Shown piece by piece: positions 30,286-40,490 of a stretch of 64,000 nucleotides of DNA. The position numbers and the translations under genes are program-made. The stretch comes from Diplonema japonicum (taxonomy: Eukaryota; Protista; Euglenozoa: Diplonemea). The stretch is from positions 62,001 through 126,000 of the forward strand of contig OZ025711.1 of the NCBI GenBank assembly GCA_964019335.1, given 5' to 3'. The notes beneath the pieces are model-generated. The model was not told the origin of the DNA, did no database searches, and saw only the letters and a list, made by a program, of their open reading frames with translations. Within the stretch, counting starts at the first letter, position 1, and every line of letters starts with the position of its first letter.

Positions 30286-30964
30286 CTTAGCGAAATTACT
30301 GATGCCAGCATAGACCTGGGGGGGGGGGGGGGGGGAAGAAACTCGAACTATGTTAAGGAGAGGTGCGTCCTGCTGTAGAAACAATGAATAAGTAAACGCA
30401 TGATGAAGGAGGCCAGTGTTGGTGGTGCCCTGCACAAGAACTGTCTACTTGATTGCAGAGAGAGAGAAAAAAATGCTCAGCCTTTTCCAAAAACAAAACA
30501 AAAAAACGAAAGAAAGCCTCCCCGCCCAAGCTTTTCAAAAAAAAAAAAAAAAACACCTTCTGGTGTTTGGGATAGGTAACATACCCTTATCGGGCATCGA
30601 TCTAGCTAGGTTGCCTGCGGCGTCGTCATCCGCCCTTTTTGGTTCCCCTTTTTTTTTTCTTCTTCTTTTTATTCAAATGCAATATGGATAATAAACTTGT
30701 ATTATATGTGCCGATCTTTTCGGAGCAAAAGACCACAAAAAAAAAAGAAACGACACGTTTTTACCATATTATTTTTAAATTTCTGCTATGGTTCCGGTAG
30801 AGGGAACAAAGAAACATGGGTCTTTTTATTTTTATTTTATTTTTTATTTTATTTTTTTTTCCAGAAAAAAAAGGGGGGGGGAAAATCTGAAATACTATAC
30901 AAAGAAGAAAGAAAGAAAAAAAAAATCCAGGATCTAAAAAAAAAGGGGGAAAAAATGGCTCCAT

Positions 30965-32737
30965 TCACTGCACGGAGCAGCATCCTTTTGACTCACCAAC
31001 TTTTTTCGAGAAATTTTCCTGCTTGCTAGAAGGTTGTTTGTGCATGGTCTTGGCAGGGGCAGCAGAGACGGTTTGTAAAGTGGGTGGCTCTTTTCCCGTG
31101 GGCACCAGTATCCTAGTCGGCAGCGTGAAAACAGGTCCGTCAGGATCAAGCTTCAGCTCGGATGTGTCAGGTGCCACACGGACCACTACGCCTGTCTTGT
31201 CACACAACGTTTCGTAGCTTTCGTCCCAGTGCAGCGCAGGGTTGCTCGTGACCAGCCTCTTGAGCATGACTGCATCATCCTTCACCCTCACATGCTGGTA
31301 CTTTTGCAGGTTCTGCACACGCGCCTTTGGAGAGCTCGCTGCAGGCGGCACCTTCGTCCGTTTACTCGCCGTCGGCCCTTTGACACTGCACACTGGCCCC
31401 CTGCAAAAAAAAAAATTTTTTTTTTCTTCTAAAAAAAAAAAAAGGAAAATATCATACATCTTGACAGTGAGGGCGTCTGCTGGGAAGGTCATCTGGTTTC
31501 CCTTGTCGCTCACGTCGTACAGGTCCTCGTCGTCGTCCTTGCCGGTGATCTGCCCCGTCACGCCTAGCCAGGTTTCATAGTCATCGTTCCATTCTAGGGA
31601 GTCGGGGTGGGCAGCGATTTTCTGTTTCAGCTTTGCAAGATCGCAGATGACTGTCACGGTCGAGCCGGTTTTGAAGCTGAGCGGTGTGCTGAGCGGCGGG
31701 GGTTTTGCGGTGGTGACCACGGGAGACGAGAAGGTGGCAGTGAGCGTGAGAGCTGCCAAAGGGAGCGTGGTTTGTATAGGGTCGCCCGACGGCGTGGTTA
31801 TCTTCAGATCTGCAATGGGCGGGTTGGTCTCTAGATCGACCACCATTCCTGTTTGCCCCAACACCAGCAGGTGTATATCGTCGTCCCACATCAGATCGTC
31901 CGGGTACTGCTCCACCTCTCGGCGCAACAGGGATTCGTCTGCTGTCACTTTAACTTTGCACCCGATTTTGATCTTTGTTGTTTTCTCGATCTTGTCGCAG
32001 CTCTTTGCGGGAACCGTGTACTGCTTGTCCTTCACCTTTATGTCCAGCAGCTCCCCGTCGATCCCGATCACAGCACCTTCCTTCCCGAGGCATTCTCTCA
32101 TCTCGGTGCTCCATTCCACGTCGTCCGGGTACTGTGCCACATCTTTCTTCAGCTTCTCCTCGTTGGGTGTTACAGTCACAGCGTCGTGCACCTTGAGGAT
32201 GGGGGTTAGCTTTTTGGGGGATCTTCTTGTCGGTCGCTTCTCTGCTGGTTCCGACTTTATTTTTTCGGTGTCTTGCAGTGCTTCAAGTGGGACTGAGAAC
32301 TGTTCGTTCATCTCGTCGATCTTCACGTCTGCAATGCCATCGTCGATGTCAATGATGGTGCCTGTCTTCTCGCTGATTCTTTCGTAGCTTGTGTCCCACG
32401 CCAGGTCGTCGGGGTGTTTCAGAACCGCTGCCTTCAGTGCTGCTGTTTTTGCTACTTGAACCTTCTGGCCTTTGTCTAGCTTCTCGATTACAATTATATC
32501 CTTTGTCTCGGTGGGCTTCACCAGTGCCTTCCACGGTACTGTAACTGTAAGCCCGTCGATGGCAAGGTCGCACACGTTGCCTTCCACTTCTATTACCTTC
32601 CCCTCCTTCCCCAGGATGGTGAGGAAGGTGCTGTCATCCCATTCTATGTCGTCCGGTACTTTCTTCACCTCATCCTTCAGCTTCTCCGCTGAGTCCGTCA
32701 CCTCCACTGTGTCTCCCACTGAAGGTGCCTGTCCCAT
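30965..32737 (-). CDS. Protein with six Mind-bomb-type SH3-like repeats; MGQ N-terminus and CCSVQ CaaX C-terminus
   Basis: Six ~70-aa units of the form (G)xxVxVT...LK...PDDLxWD...LGxxGxV...P..AL. A probable frame-preserving intron at ~31401-31457 accounts for the FFFF stretch in the ORF track. Confidence 0.75.
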   Translation of the reverse strand: MGQAPSVGDTVEVTDSAEKLKDEVKKVPDDIEWDDSTFLTILGKEGKVIEVEGNVCDLAIDGLTVTVPWKALVKPTETKDIIVIEKLDKGQKVQVAKTAALKAAVLKHPDDLAWDTSYERISEKTGTIIDIDDGIADVKIDEMNEQFSVPLEALQDTEKIKSEPAEKRPTRRSPKKLTPILKVHDAVTVTPNEEKLKKDVAQYPDDVEWSTEMRECLGKEGAVIGIDGELLDIKVKDKQYTVPAKSCDKIEKTTKIKIGCKVKVTADESLLRREVEQYPDDLMWDDDIHLLVLGQTGMVVDLETNPPIADLKITTPSGDPIQTTLPLAALTLTATFSSPVVTTAKPPPLSTPLSFKTGSTVTVICDLAKLKQKIAAHPDSLEWNDDYETWLGVTGQITGKDDDEDLYDVSDKGNQMTFPADALTVKMYDIFLFFFLEEKKNFFFCRGPVCSVKGPTASKRTKVPPAASSPKARVQNLQKYQHVRVKDDAVMLKRLVTSNPALHWDESYETLCDKTGVVVRVAPDTSELKLDPDGPVFTLPTRILVPTGKEPPTLQTVSAAPAKTMHKQPSSKQENFSKKVGESKGCCSVQ

Positions 32738-32806
32738 GTTCTTGGTGAGCTCCTTTTTGTGTACGTGAGTGAAATTAGTTTGTTGCCCGCAAAAAGAAAG
32801 GGGGGG

Positions 32807-32911
32807 TGATCAGGCCTGTTGAGTTTGACATAATTTTTGTGGTTTAGCTCCACACGGAGGTCAGTGACAGTGATCTCCATAAAGCCGAAACAATCTTATG
32901 CATCATGTGTA
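32807..32911 (-). ncRNA. Box C/D snoRNA module A (12 copies in window)
   Basis: Minus strand ATGATGC (C-like) ... CTGA (D') ... GTCAAACTCAACAGG-C-CTGA (D). The guide is complementary to conserved LSU rRNA CCUGUUGAG(C/U)UUGAC. Confidence 0.85.
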
Positions 32912-33007
32912 GTTTGCAAAAGGAAAAACAAATAAAAAGCCATCACTGGAAAACAAAAAAAGAATGCCACAAAAGCATCCTAAAAAGACTAACAGTGTCA
33001 CCCAACT

Positions 33008-33094
33008 GGGTCAGCAGCTTATGTGGAAACGTTCGTATCATTCAATTGTCAAACTCGAAAGATGGTGATTTAGTTTTTGTTTGTCATCATTTGT
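33008..33094 (-). ncRNA. Box C/D snoRNA module B (7 copies); snR39B/SNORD2-like target
   Basis: RTGATGA C box; TCACCATCTTTCG upstream of a TTGA D' box is complementary to LSU CGAAAGAUGGUGA, and the +5 rule selects the G equivalent to yeast Gm805; terminal CTGA. Confidence 0.85.
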
Positions 33095-33689
33095 GTTGGA
33101 TTTCTACTGGTTTTTCTTGCAGTCGAAAAAAAAAAAAGAGGGTGGATACGATCAGGCCTGTTGAGTTTGACATAATTTTTGTGGTTTAGCTCCACACGGA
33201 GGTCAGTGACAGTGATCTCCATAAAGCTGAAACAATTTTATGCATCATGTGTAGTTTGAAAAAAGAAAACAAAAAGACATTCACAACCATAAAAAGCCTC
33301 CCTCTGGGGTTTAAAGAAAAGCATTGGGTGTGTTCACAAAGAGACCTTCACTATATCACTTGTGTCATCACAGGGCGGGTGTCCCTCCCTCGTGTCCACA
33401 GTCCATCAGCAGCTTATGTGGAAACGTTCGTATCATTCAATTGTCAAACTCGAAAGATGGTGATTTAGTTTTTGTTTGTCATCACTTGTGGTTTCTGAGT
33501 TTCAACTGCTCTTCTTTAGCCAAATAAAAAAAGGGTGGTGTTTTTGATCAGGCCTGTTGAGTTTGACATAATTTTTGTGGTTTAGCTCCACACGGAGGTC
33601 AGTGACAGTGATCTCCATAAAGCCGAAACAATCTTATGCATCATGTGTAGTTTGTTAAAGGAAAAAACAAAAAAAGCCACAAAAAGCAT

Positions 33690-33766
33690 CCCTCTGGGGT
33701 TTAAAGAAAAGCATTGGGTGTGTTCACAAAATAGATTTTTCACTATATCACTTGTGTCATCATAGG
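33690..33766 (-). ncRNA. Probable box C/D snoRNA module C (8 copies), target unassigned
   Basis: Perfect C box (A/G)TGATGA, ~75 nt, but ends in CAGA rather than CTGA; conserved among copies. Confidence 0.5.
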
Positions 33767-33794
33767 GGTACCGGTTTCAGGTGTGTCACACAGG

Positions 33795-33957
33795 TGATGT
33801 ATTACACATGGTTGTCCCACGCCGCGTCAGGGCCTGAAGGCTGCACAGCTGGGTTAGAATATGTGTACCGCAGCAAGGGGCTTGCGCCCCCTGTTGGCTT
33901 GCTTTACGAGCCGATCAGCGGGGAGCTGTGCACCATCAGCAAGGTGCCTCCCATCCA
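33795..33957 (-). ncRNA. snR30/U17-like H/ACA RNA, module D (5 intact copies plus 1 degenerate)
   Basis: Minus-strand 3' hairpin TACAC-ATATTCTA...AACCAT-GTGTA followed by AT-ACA-NNN matches the m1 (AUAUUCCUA), m2 (AAACCAU) and ACA-box arrangement of U17/snR30. The 5' end is approximate. Confidence 0.75.
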
Positions 33958-34488
33958 AGTGTCGGTCGAAGAATGTTGGGGGAAATGATGTGTTTGGTCT
34001 CTTCTTCCTTCAGGCGTCCTGCCACATACCGCAGGTACCCTTAAATGTCTCTTTTTTTTTTTTTTTTTTCCCGCTCTCCCTTCCTTTTGGGTTTTGATCA
34101 GGCCTGTTGAGTTTGACATAATTTTTGTGGTTTAGCTCCACACGGAGGTCAGTGACAGTGATCTCCATAAAGCTGAAACAATTTCATGCATCATGTGTAG
34201 TTTGCAAAAGCACCTGTCTCCACGGGACGCATCGCAGGAGTAAGGAGGGAAAAATAAATCAAAAATAAATAGAATTGACATGCAACAAAGGCCGCAAGCC
34301 CGACTAAAGAAGGGTTTCAACTTCTAAAAAAGAAAACATAGTAAAGCTAGAACGGTGTATACTCTTCGGCGGTCGCCAGCAAAAGGATGTGCCTGGCGCA
34401 CACGCTCTACAAGTAAACGGGAAATACGTTTAATAAATTTCTTTATTTCCTTTCTCCACCCACCCCCCCCCTTTTTTTGTGTAATGTT

Positions 34489-35220
34489 CTACTTCTGCGC
34501 AACAACGACATGCATTCCCCTTACCGGCGGTGGGTGGGTGACCTTCAACCCACAGCCAGCAAGCATCTCGACCACACGCTCAGGTGAAACTCGTACTTTC
34601 TTGTAGCTGCTGTGCCTTTCTACCCAACCAGAAGGACCGAGTTCTTCCACGGTATCGGTAACAGTGACTTTGTTTGCTTCTGAGTAGTTCAACCTGCACG
34701 TGAACTTCCTAGTGGTGTCTTGCTTGACAGGGATGACGAGGAGCCCGCCTTCAGGGGCCTCCGAGTAGTCACGGAAGGTGAGGACGGCTGTTCCCTTGGG
34801 AGCCAATGCCTTGGCAATATCGGTGACAAGGCACTCGATCTCTCCCACTGTGTCTAGGTGTGTAAGGGTGTCACCCGCGCACACCACCAGCCCGAAGGGG
34901 CCTTCACAGGGAAACTGTGAGAACAACTTGATATCACCCAAGTGGGTCACAACAGGCAGGCCTTCTGCATGTTGCTTCAGCGAGGCCAACAGTGTCTCGT
35001 TGAAGTCGACTGCAGTCACCTTGTAGCCTGCACGTGCCATCGCCACACTCTGTACCCCGTGCCCTGCACCCAAGTCCACAGCTTGTTTCGAGTCAGAAGA
35101 AGGAACAATTCCGTGTTCAGTTAACAGCGCGCCAAACGCCTCTGTCTGCAGTGCAAAGTCACCCACCATCCACTCGTAGACAGGCGCTAGGAGCTCTTCG
35201 TAGTGCTTTGCAGTCTCCAT
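34489..35220 (-). CDS. Class I SAM-dependent methyltransferase, 243 aa, intronless
   Basis: Motif I AVDLGAGHG, VTAVD, GDI, VVCAGDTLTHL, LAPKG. Confidence 0.9.
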   Translation of the reverse strand: METAKHYEELLAPVYEWMVGDFALQTEAFGALLTEHGIVPSSDSKQAVDLGAGHGVQSVAMARAGYKVTAVDFNETLLASLKQHAEGLPVVTHLGDIKLFSQFPCEGPFGLVVCAGDTLTHLDTVGEIECLVTDIAKALAPKGTAVLTFRDYSEAPEGGLLVIPVKQDTTRKFTCRLNYSEANKVTVTDTVEELGPSGWVERHSSYKKVRVSPERVVEMLAGCGLKVTHPPPVRGMHVVVAQK

Positions 35221-35972
35221 TTTTTTTTTTTTTCTTTTTTTCTTTCCTTGTTATCCTTTGAGGGGAAATTTTGGTTCTAGAATGAATCCCCCCAGCAGGT
35301 GGAATTACAATGCACCGAAAAGGTGGTCAGCAGCTTATGTGGAAACGTTCGTATCATTCAATTGTCAAACTCGAAAGATGGTGATTTAGTTTTTGTTTGT
35401 CATCACTTGTGGTTTCTGAGTTTCAACTGCTCTTCTTTAGCCAAATAAAAAAAGGGTGGTGTTTTTGATCAGGCCTGTTGAGTTTGACATAATTTTTGTG
35501 GTTTAGCTCCACACAGAGGTCAGTGACAGTGATCTCCATAAAGCCGAAACAATCTTATGCATCATGTGTAGTTTGTTAAAGGAAAAAACAAAAAAAGCCA
35601 CAAAAAGCATCCCTCTGGGGTTTAAAGAAAAGCATTGGGTGTGTTCACAAAATAGATTTTTCACTATATCACTTGTGTCATCATAGGGGTACCGGTTTCA
35701 GGTGTGTCACACAGGTGATGTATTACACATGGTTGTCCCACGCCGCGTCAGGGCCTGAAGGCTGCACAGCTGGGTTAGAATATGTGTACCGCAGCAAGGG
35801 GCTTGCGCCCCCTGTTGGCTTGCTTTACGAGCCGATCAGCGGGGAGCTGTGCACCATCAGCAAGGTGCCTCCCATCCAAGTGTCGGTCGAAGAATGTTGG
35901 GGGAAATGATGTGTTTGGTCTCTTCTTCCTTCAGGCGTCCTGCCACATACCGCAGGTACCCTTAAATGTCTC

Positions 35973-36003
<31 letters not shown>

Positions 36004-36377
36004 AGTGTCGGTCGATGTTTGGGGATGTGATACTGGGTTCTTGAAGTTCATTTTAAGAAAGCAAAAGAAGTAGATATAAATAATAATAAGAATAAATAAT
36101 AGGAACATAACTGATGAGACCTCAGACCGTCGCAGGTCGGCTGTTCTATAGCAGTCTCGAGGCGGTGTGAAGAGAATCACAACACGCAACAGCGCATGAG
36201 TGTGCTTCACCACTGCGCAACGGAACTAAATCACAGAACTCAAAAGTAAAAGCAGTTGAGAGAGACACCACAACAGGGACACAGCCCCTTGTGCTTTGTC
36301 CCAGCTGGCCTTCCGCTGCAACAGAAAAGACCTATTGGACGGTGAAACAGATTGCATGTATCGTGCAACGAAGCTAG

Positions 36378-38589
36378 CTATTGCACAGCAGTGTCAGCCT
36401 CGTTGCTAAGCTCACTGCATTTTGGAACAGGAGTGGTTGCGTGGGTGTTATGGCACGTGTCACAAACCTGTTCAGTGTGTTTATTATTATTCCCCCTTGT
36501 GCATACACGCTGCAAGCCCTTCGCGAGTGACTTGCTAAAGGGGAGGGTTAGATATTTAGTGCTGCACTGTCCGCAGAACAGATGTCCGCAAGCCCTGCAG
36601 TGGTGCCTGTGATGTGAAGTACTTGTCTTTTTAAAATAGAATTAAGAGAATTCAAATACCTTCTTACCAAGAAGCCGAAGCTAGCATTGCACGATGTGCA
36701 TGATTTTGCCGCAAGATCGTGATCCCACCTAGGGGGGCCCTTCACCTGTGGTACTGTGGTAACATGATGTTGCAGCACACCTCAAGAAAGTCGATTCCTT
36801 CAAAGCTGTCAGGCGGTGCTACCAGCGCCTCTGCAATGAGGTTCGTGAGATCCGAGCAGACGGTAGGCTGCAGCTCTGAGAACAGGCACTGCAGAGGGGC
36901 CCTACGGGAGTATGGGATAACCGGCTCTCTGTATTTCTGCTGCTCCATCTTCAGCAGCAACTGCACAACAGCCTTCAGGTCTTGTTGTTTTGTTGCTTGC
37001 GTTGTGATTGAAGAGCAGCTGTCGGAGGGGGTGTCGGCGTCTCTGAGCTGCCTTTCTGCCGCCTTGCTCTGCTCTAGAGCAGCATCGATGGGTTTGTGGC
37101 CGTGGCCGTCGATGTGGTTGATGTCAGCGCCCGCCCTGAACAGCACTCTGCAAGCGTCAACACGCGCAAAGTACGCAGCTGTGTGCAGGGGGGAAGCATT
37201 GTCTTTCCTACACCCGTTCACCATCGCACCGAGCGAGATGAGCACTTCCATAGCTTTAATATTCCCCTTCTGCGAGGCCACGAACAGGGGTGACGCGCCA
37301 GAAGACGTTCGGCGAGCGTTGAGGTTGGCGCCGACCTCGGCAAGCACAGAGATACACTCGTCAAAACCAAGCTCAGCAGCCACCAAGACAGCAGACGCCC
37401 CGTCAGGCAGGGACGTGTCAGGATCGGCACCCATCGACACAAGGGTCCTGATGCACTCTGGTTGCCCCTTCTGTGCTGCAAGGTACAGTGCTGTGGCACC
37501 GTACTGCGTCTTCGCGTTTGGGCAGGCGCCAAGCGCGTGAAGTGCCGTCAGGCAGTTAACGTGACCCTGCATGGCAGCAGCGCAGAATGGTGTGGACCCG
37601 GACTGTCTCGGGGCGTCGATCACAGCGCCGTGTCTCGCTAGTATTTTGATGGTGTCAACGTGCCCCGAGGCGGCCGCCACCCACAAAGGTGAGGTACAGT
37701 CGCTGAGACCTGCGTTGGGGCTCACGTTGAAGTCTTTAAGCAAGATTTCGACAACTTCCGTGTGCCCTTTTTGGGAGGCAGAAAATAAGGGTGTGGCCCC
37801 AGACTTAGGCATGCGGACCTCAGGGTTGCACCCTATCCTGCCAAGGATGGAGACGCACTCGGCATGGCCTTGCTGGGCAGCGACAAAGATAGGTGTCCCG
37901 CCGCCAGTGGCGAGGGGGCAGTCCATTTCGGCACCGAGGTCGTGAAGCGTTTCGAGCGACTCGCTGTGCCCGCGGTAGGCAGCGAAGAAGGCTGCGGTTG
38001 TGCCGTTCGCCATGCGGGCGGACACATCCAGCCCTAGGTCCGCTAGTTTGCGGAGTGCTTCGGTCTGGCCTTGGATTGCCGCAGAGAACACAGGTGTCAT
38101 ACCATTAGGCATGCTACGGCTGACGTCTGCTCCGAGGGTGTGCAGCGTGTCGATGCAGCTAAGGTTGCCACGCCCTGCGGCCACGAAGATAGGCGTTGCC
38201 CCGCCTCCACCCTCTATCTTGGTCGGCATGTCCAAGTCGGCTCCACAGTCTTTTAAAATTTCTAATGTGCGCGGGTGGCCGCCTCCCGCAGCTGCGAAGG
38301 GTGCGCTGATCCCATCGCTCTCTCTGCATGAGCAGATGAGAACCCCAAGCTCCATGAGCTTGTGTATCACCGTATTGTGGCCCTGCAAGGCCGCGATGAC
38401 CAGTGCCGGTGTGCCTTTACTGGTGCAGCATTTTGGATTGGCGGCTTCTTCTTGGCACAGATCGTAGACCTCGTCCTCCCTTCCTTCAGCACACGCGGCG
38501 AGGAGCCGATCGTCAGGAGATGCCAGTGGATGGCTGGCCCTCTGTAGGACTTCTGCTACCTCGTCCCTGAGGTCATCAGTGACTCCCAT
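36378..38589 (-). CDS. Ankyrin-repeat protein with C-terminal FYVE domain (4 exons)
   Basis: Many GxTPLxxAAxxGH repeats. Spliced tail reads WDHD...[29 protein letters not shown]...RVCDTC. Confidence 0.88.
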
Positions 38590-39226
38590 TGCCCCGACCC
38601 TGGTGGTGTTGAGTAGAAAGTAAAGCGGTGATTTTGAATGAAAGCACGGCGCACACAATGTCATACTCGTGCCATCTTAAGCATCTGTCAGTTGCTTCCA
38701 AGCGACCGTGCCAAGGCACTGGGTCCTCTTAGAAGCACGTTCAAGGGGAGGGGAGGGGTGACAAGGAGGAACAGCCTCGTGCTTGATAGCTTTCTCGGCA
38801 CTCCGGTTTTTGTCTTTGTATTTCTTATTTTTTTTCTCCTTCTTCTTTTATATGGTACATCAGGTAGACTATCTCTTCCTCTTTTTTTCTTTTCTCTCTT
38901 TTTTTCCCCCTCTCTTGGGGGAAAAAAAAAATGGCGTTAAAAAAAAAGAAGAATTTTTTTTCTTTTCTCTTTTGTTTATTTTCGTCGGAACGAATGCTGC
39001 GCGCAGGGGCAAATAATTATTTTTAAAAAAAAGCATTCATTGGCTGCAGACTCTCTTGATCAGCGGTTTTTTTTTTTTTTTTTTTTGAAATACACGAAGA
39101 ATGAGGTGTTTGCGAAAAAAGAAAGGAGAAAAAAGAAACAGAGAAAGGGGGGGAAAGGGAGGAGAACGAAAAGCAATGATCCAAATAAAAAAAAAAAAAA
39201 AAACAAAAAAAAAAAATGTATCATCC

Positions 39227-40318
39227 TTACTCCTTCTTAACACGGTGCATATCGTAGGCAGTGAGCGTGTTCTGAAGTAACATGGCGACAGTCATGGGCC
39301 CCACACCACCGGGCACAGGGGTGATCCACCCTGCGTTCACCTTGGCAGAGTCGAAGTCCACATCACTTTTTTTTTTTTTTTTTTCCCCTATTCAAACATA
39401 CCCGACAAGCTTCCCGCTCTCAAGCCTGTTGATTCCAATATCGATGACGATGGCACCAGGCCTGATCCACTCTCCCTTAACAAGACCGGGTTTCCCTGCA
39501 GCAACAATAACACATTCAGCCCTTCTAACGTGTGCCTCGAGGTCCCTAGTGAACCTGTGAGTAATGGTGCAGCTGGCCCCGTTGAGCAGCAGCTCAAGCA
39601 TCATAGGACGGCCCACGTGGTTAGAAGCACCTACGATGAGACATTCAAGTCCGTAAGGGTTGACCCCTGTTGACCAGATAAGCTGCATGACCCCCCATGG
39701 CGTGCAAGGGCGCATTGTAGGGGCACGTGACACAAGCGACCCGAGGTTTGAGGGGTGGAACCCATCGACATCCTTGGAAGGGTTGATTCTCTCTATCACT
39801 TCACGGACATTGTCGTTGAGCTCCCCTGCGGGAAGCGGCAGCTGCACCAGAATCCCATCAACCGCGTTATCATTATTCTGATCGTCAACAGTCTGAAGGA
39901 GCTTTTCAAGTGTGCAGTCGACCGGAAGGGTGATGAGTGTGGACTCCATCCCTACCTCAGTGCATGCCCTCTGCTTCTGTCTGATGTACACTTTTGAGGC
40001 GGGGTTTTCGCCAACAAGGATGACAACAAGGCCTGGCTTCCTGCTCACGTATGCGCTGTCCTCCATTCTGGACTCGACTTGTTTCTTGAGGTTGGCTCTG
40101 ATGTCCGCGCTGATCTTCTTCCCGTCGATGATCCTCCCCTTCTCGCCGTTCTCCTCGATCCCTGCCTGCTCCCGGAAGTTCCCCGGTTTGTAGTAGTTGT
40201 TGTACTCCGAGTAAGGTTCGCTCTTAGCTTCGTACATGGGCGAGGTGATCCTCCTCCATTCCACACGCTGCCTCTTCCCGCTGGTGGCAGTTTCTTCAAC
40301 AGACCTCTTTTCGGACAT
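39227..40318 (-). CDS. folD: Bifunctional methylene-THF dehydrogenase/cyclohydrolase
   Basis: [50 protein letters not shown]; one intron at 39366-39401. Confidence 0.95.
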
Positions 40319-40458
40319 TTTTTTTTCTTTCCCGGAAAAAAAAAAGGGGGTGACTTTGGGAGTGGTAGTAAAAAAAAAAAATTTTTTTTTTCCAGGTTCC
40401 ACATGCCTAGTGGCGTTCCCTGCTGCTCACCGTCGTGCCCTAGCTGACGGTTGTTTCT

Positions 40459-40490
<32 letters not shown>

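Larger units (their letters stand above)
32807..36030 (-). ncRNA. snoRNA array locus 1 (plus-strand order A B A C B A C D A [MTase] B A C D)
   Basis: Module A at 32810, 33152, 33548, 34098, 35469; B at 33011, 33406, 35327; C at ~33300, 33691, 35612; D at 33795, 35716. Confidence 0.8.

Noticed and set aside
33985-34052. Possible single-hairpin AGA-box RNA or SLA1 homolog (3 copies)
   Set aside because: It has a CCTGC/GCAGG stem and an AGA, but no convincing basal stem or spliced-leader complementarity.
33247-34119. Repeated small ORFs (MCHHRG..., MCSL..., MEITVTDL...) here and at 51-52 kb and 63 kb
   Set aside because: Incidental frames across snoRNA modules; their identity reflects DNA repetition.
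32807-34200. CRISPR-like repeat/spacer appearance of module A arrays
   Set aside because: The repeat is ~100 nt, the spacers are themselves repeated, there are no cas genes, the context is eukaryotic, and C/D boxes with rRNA guides explain it.
36108-36180. CTGATGA suggesting a hammerhead ribozyme, or a minus-strand C/D RNA
   Set aside because: No GAAA after the stem; the putative guide matches rRNA for only ~8 nt and there is no good C box.
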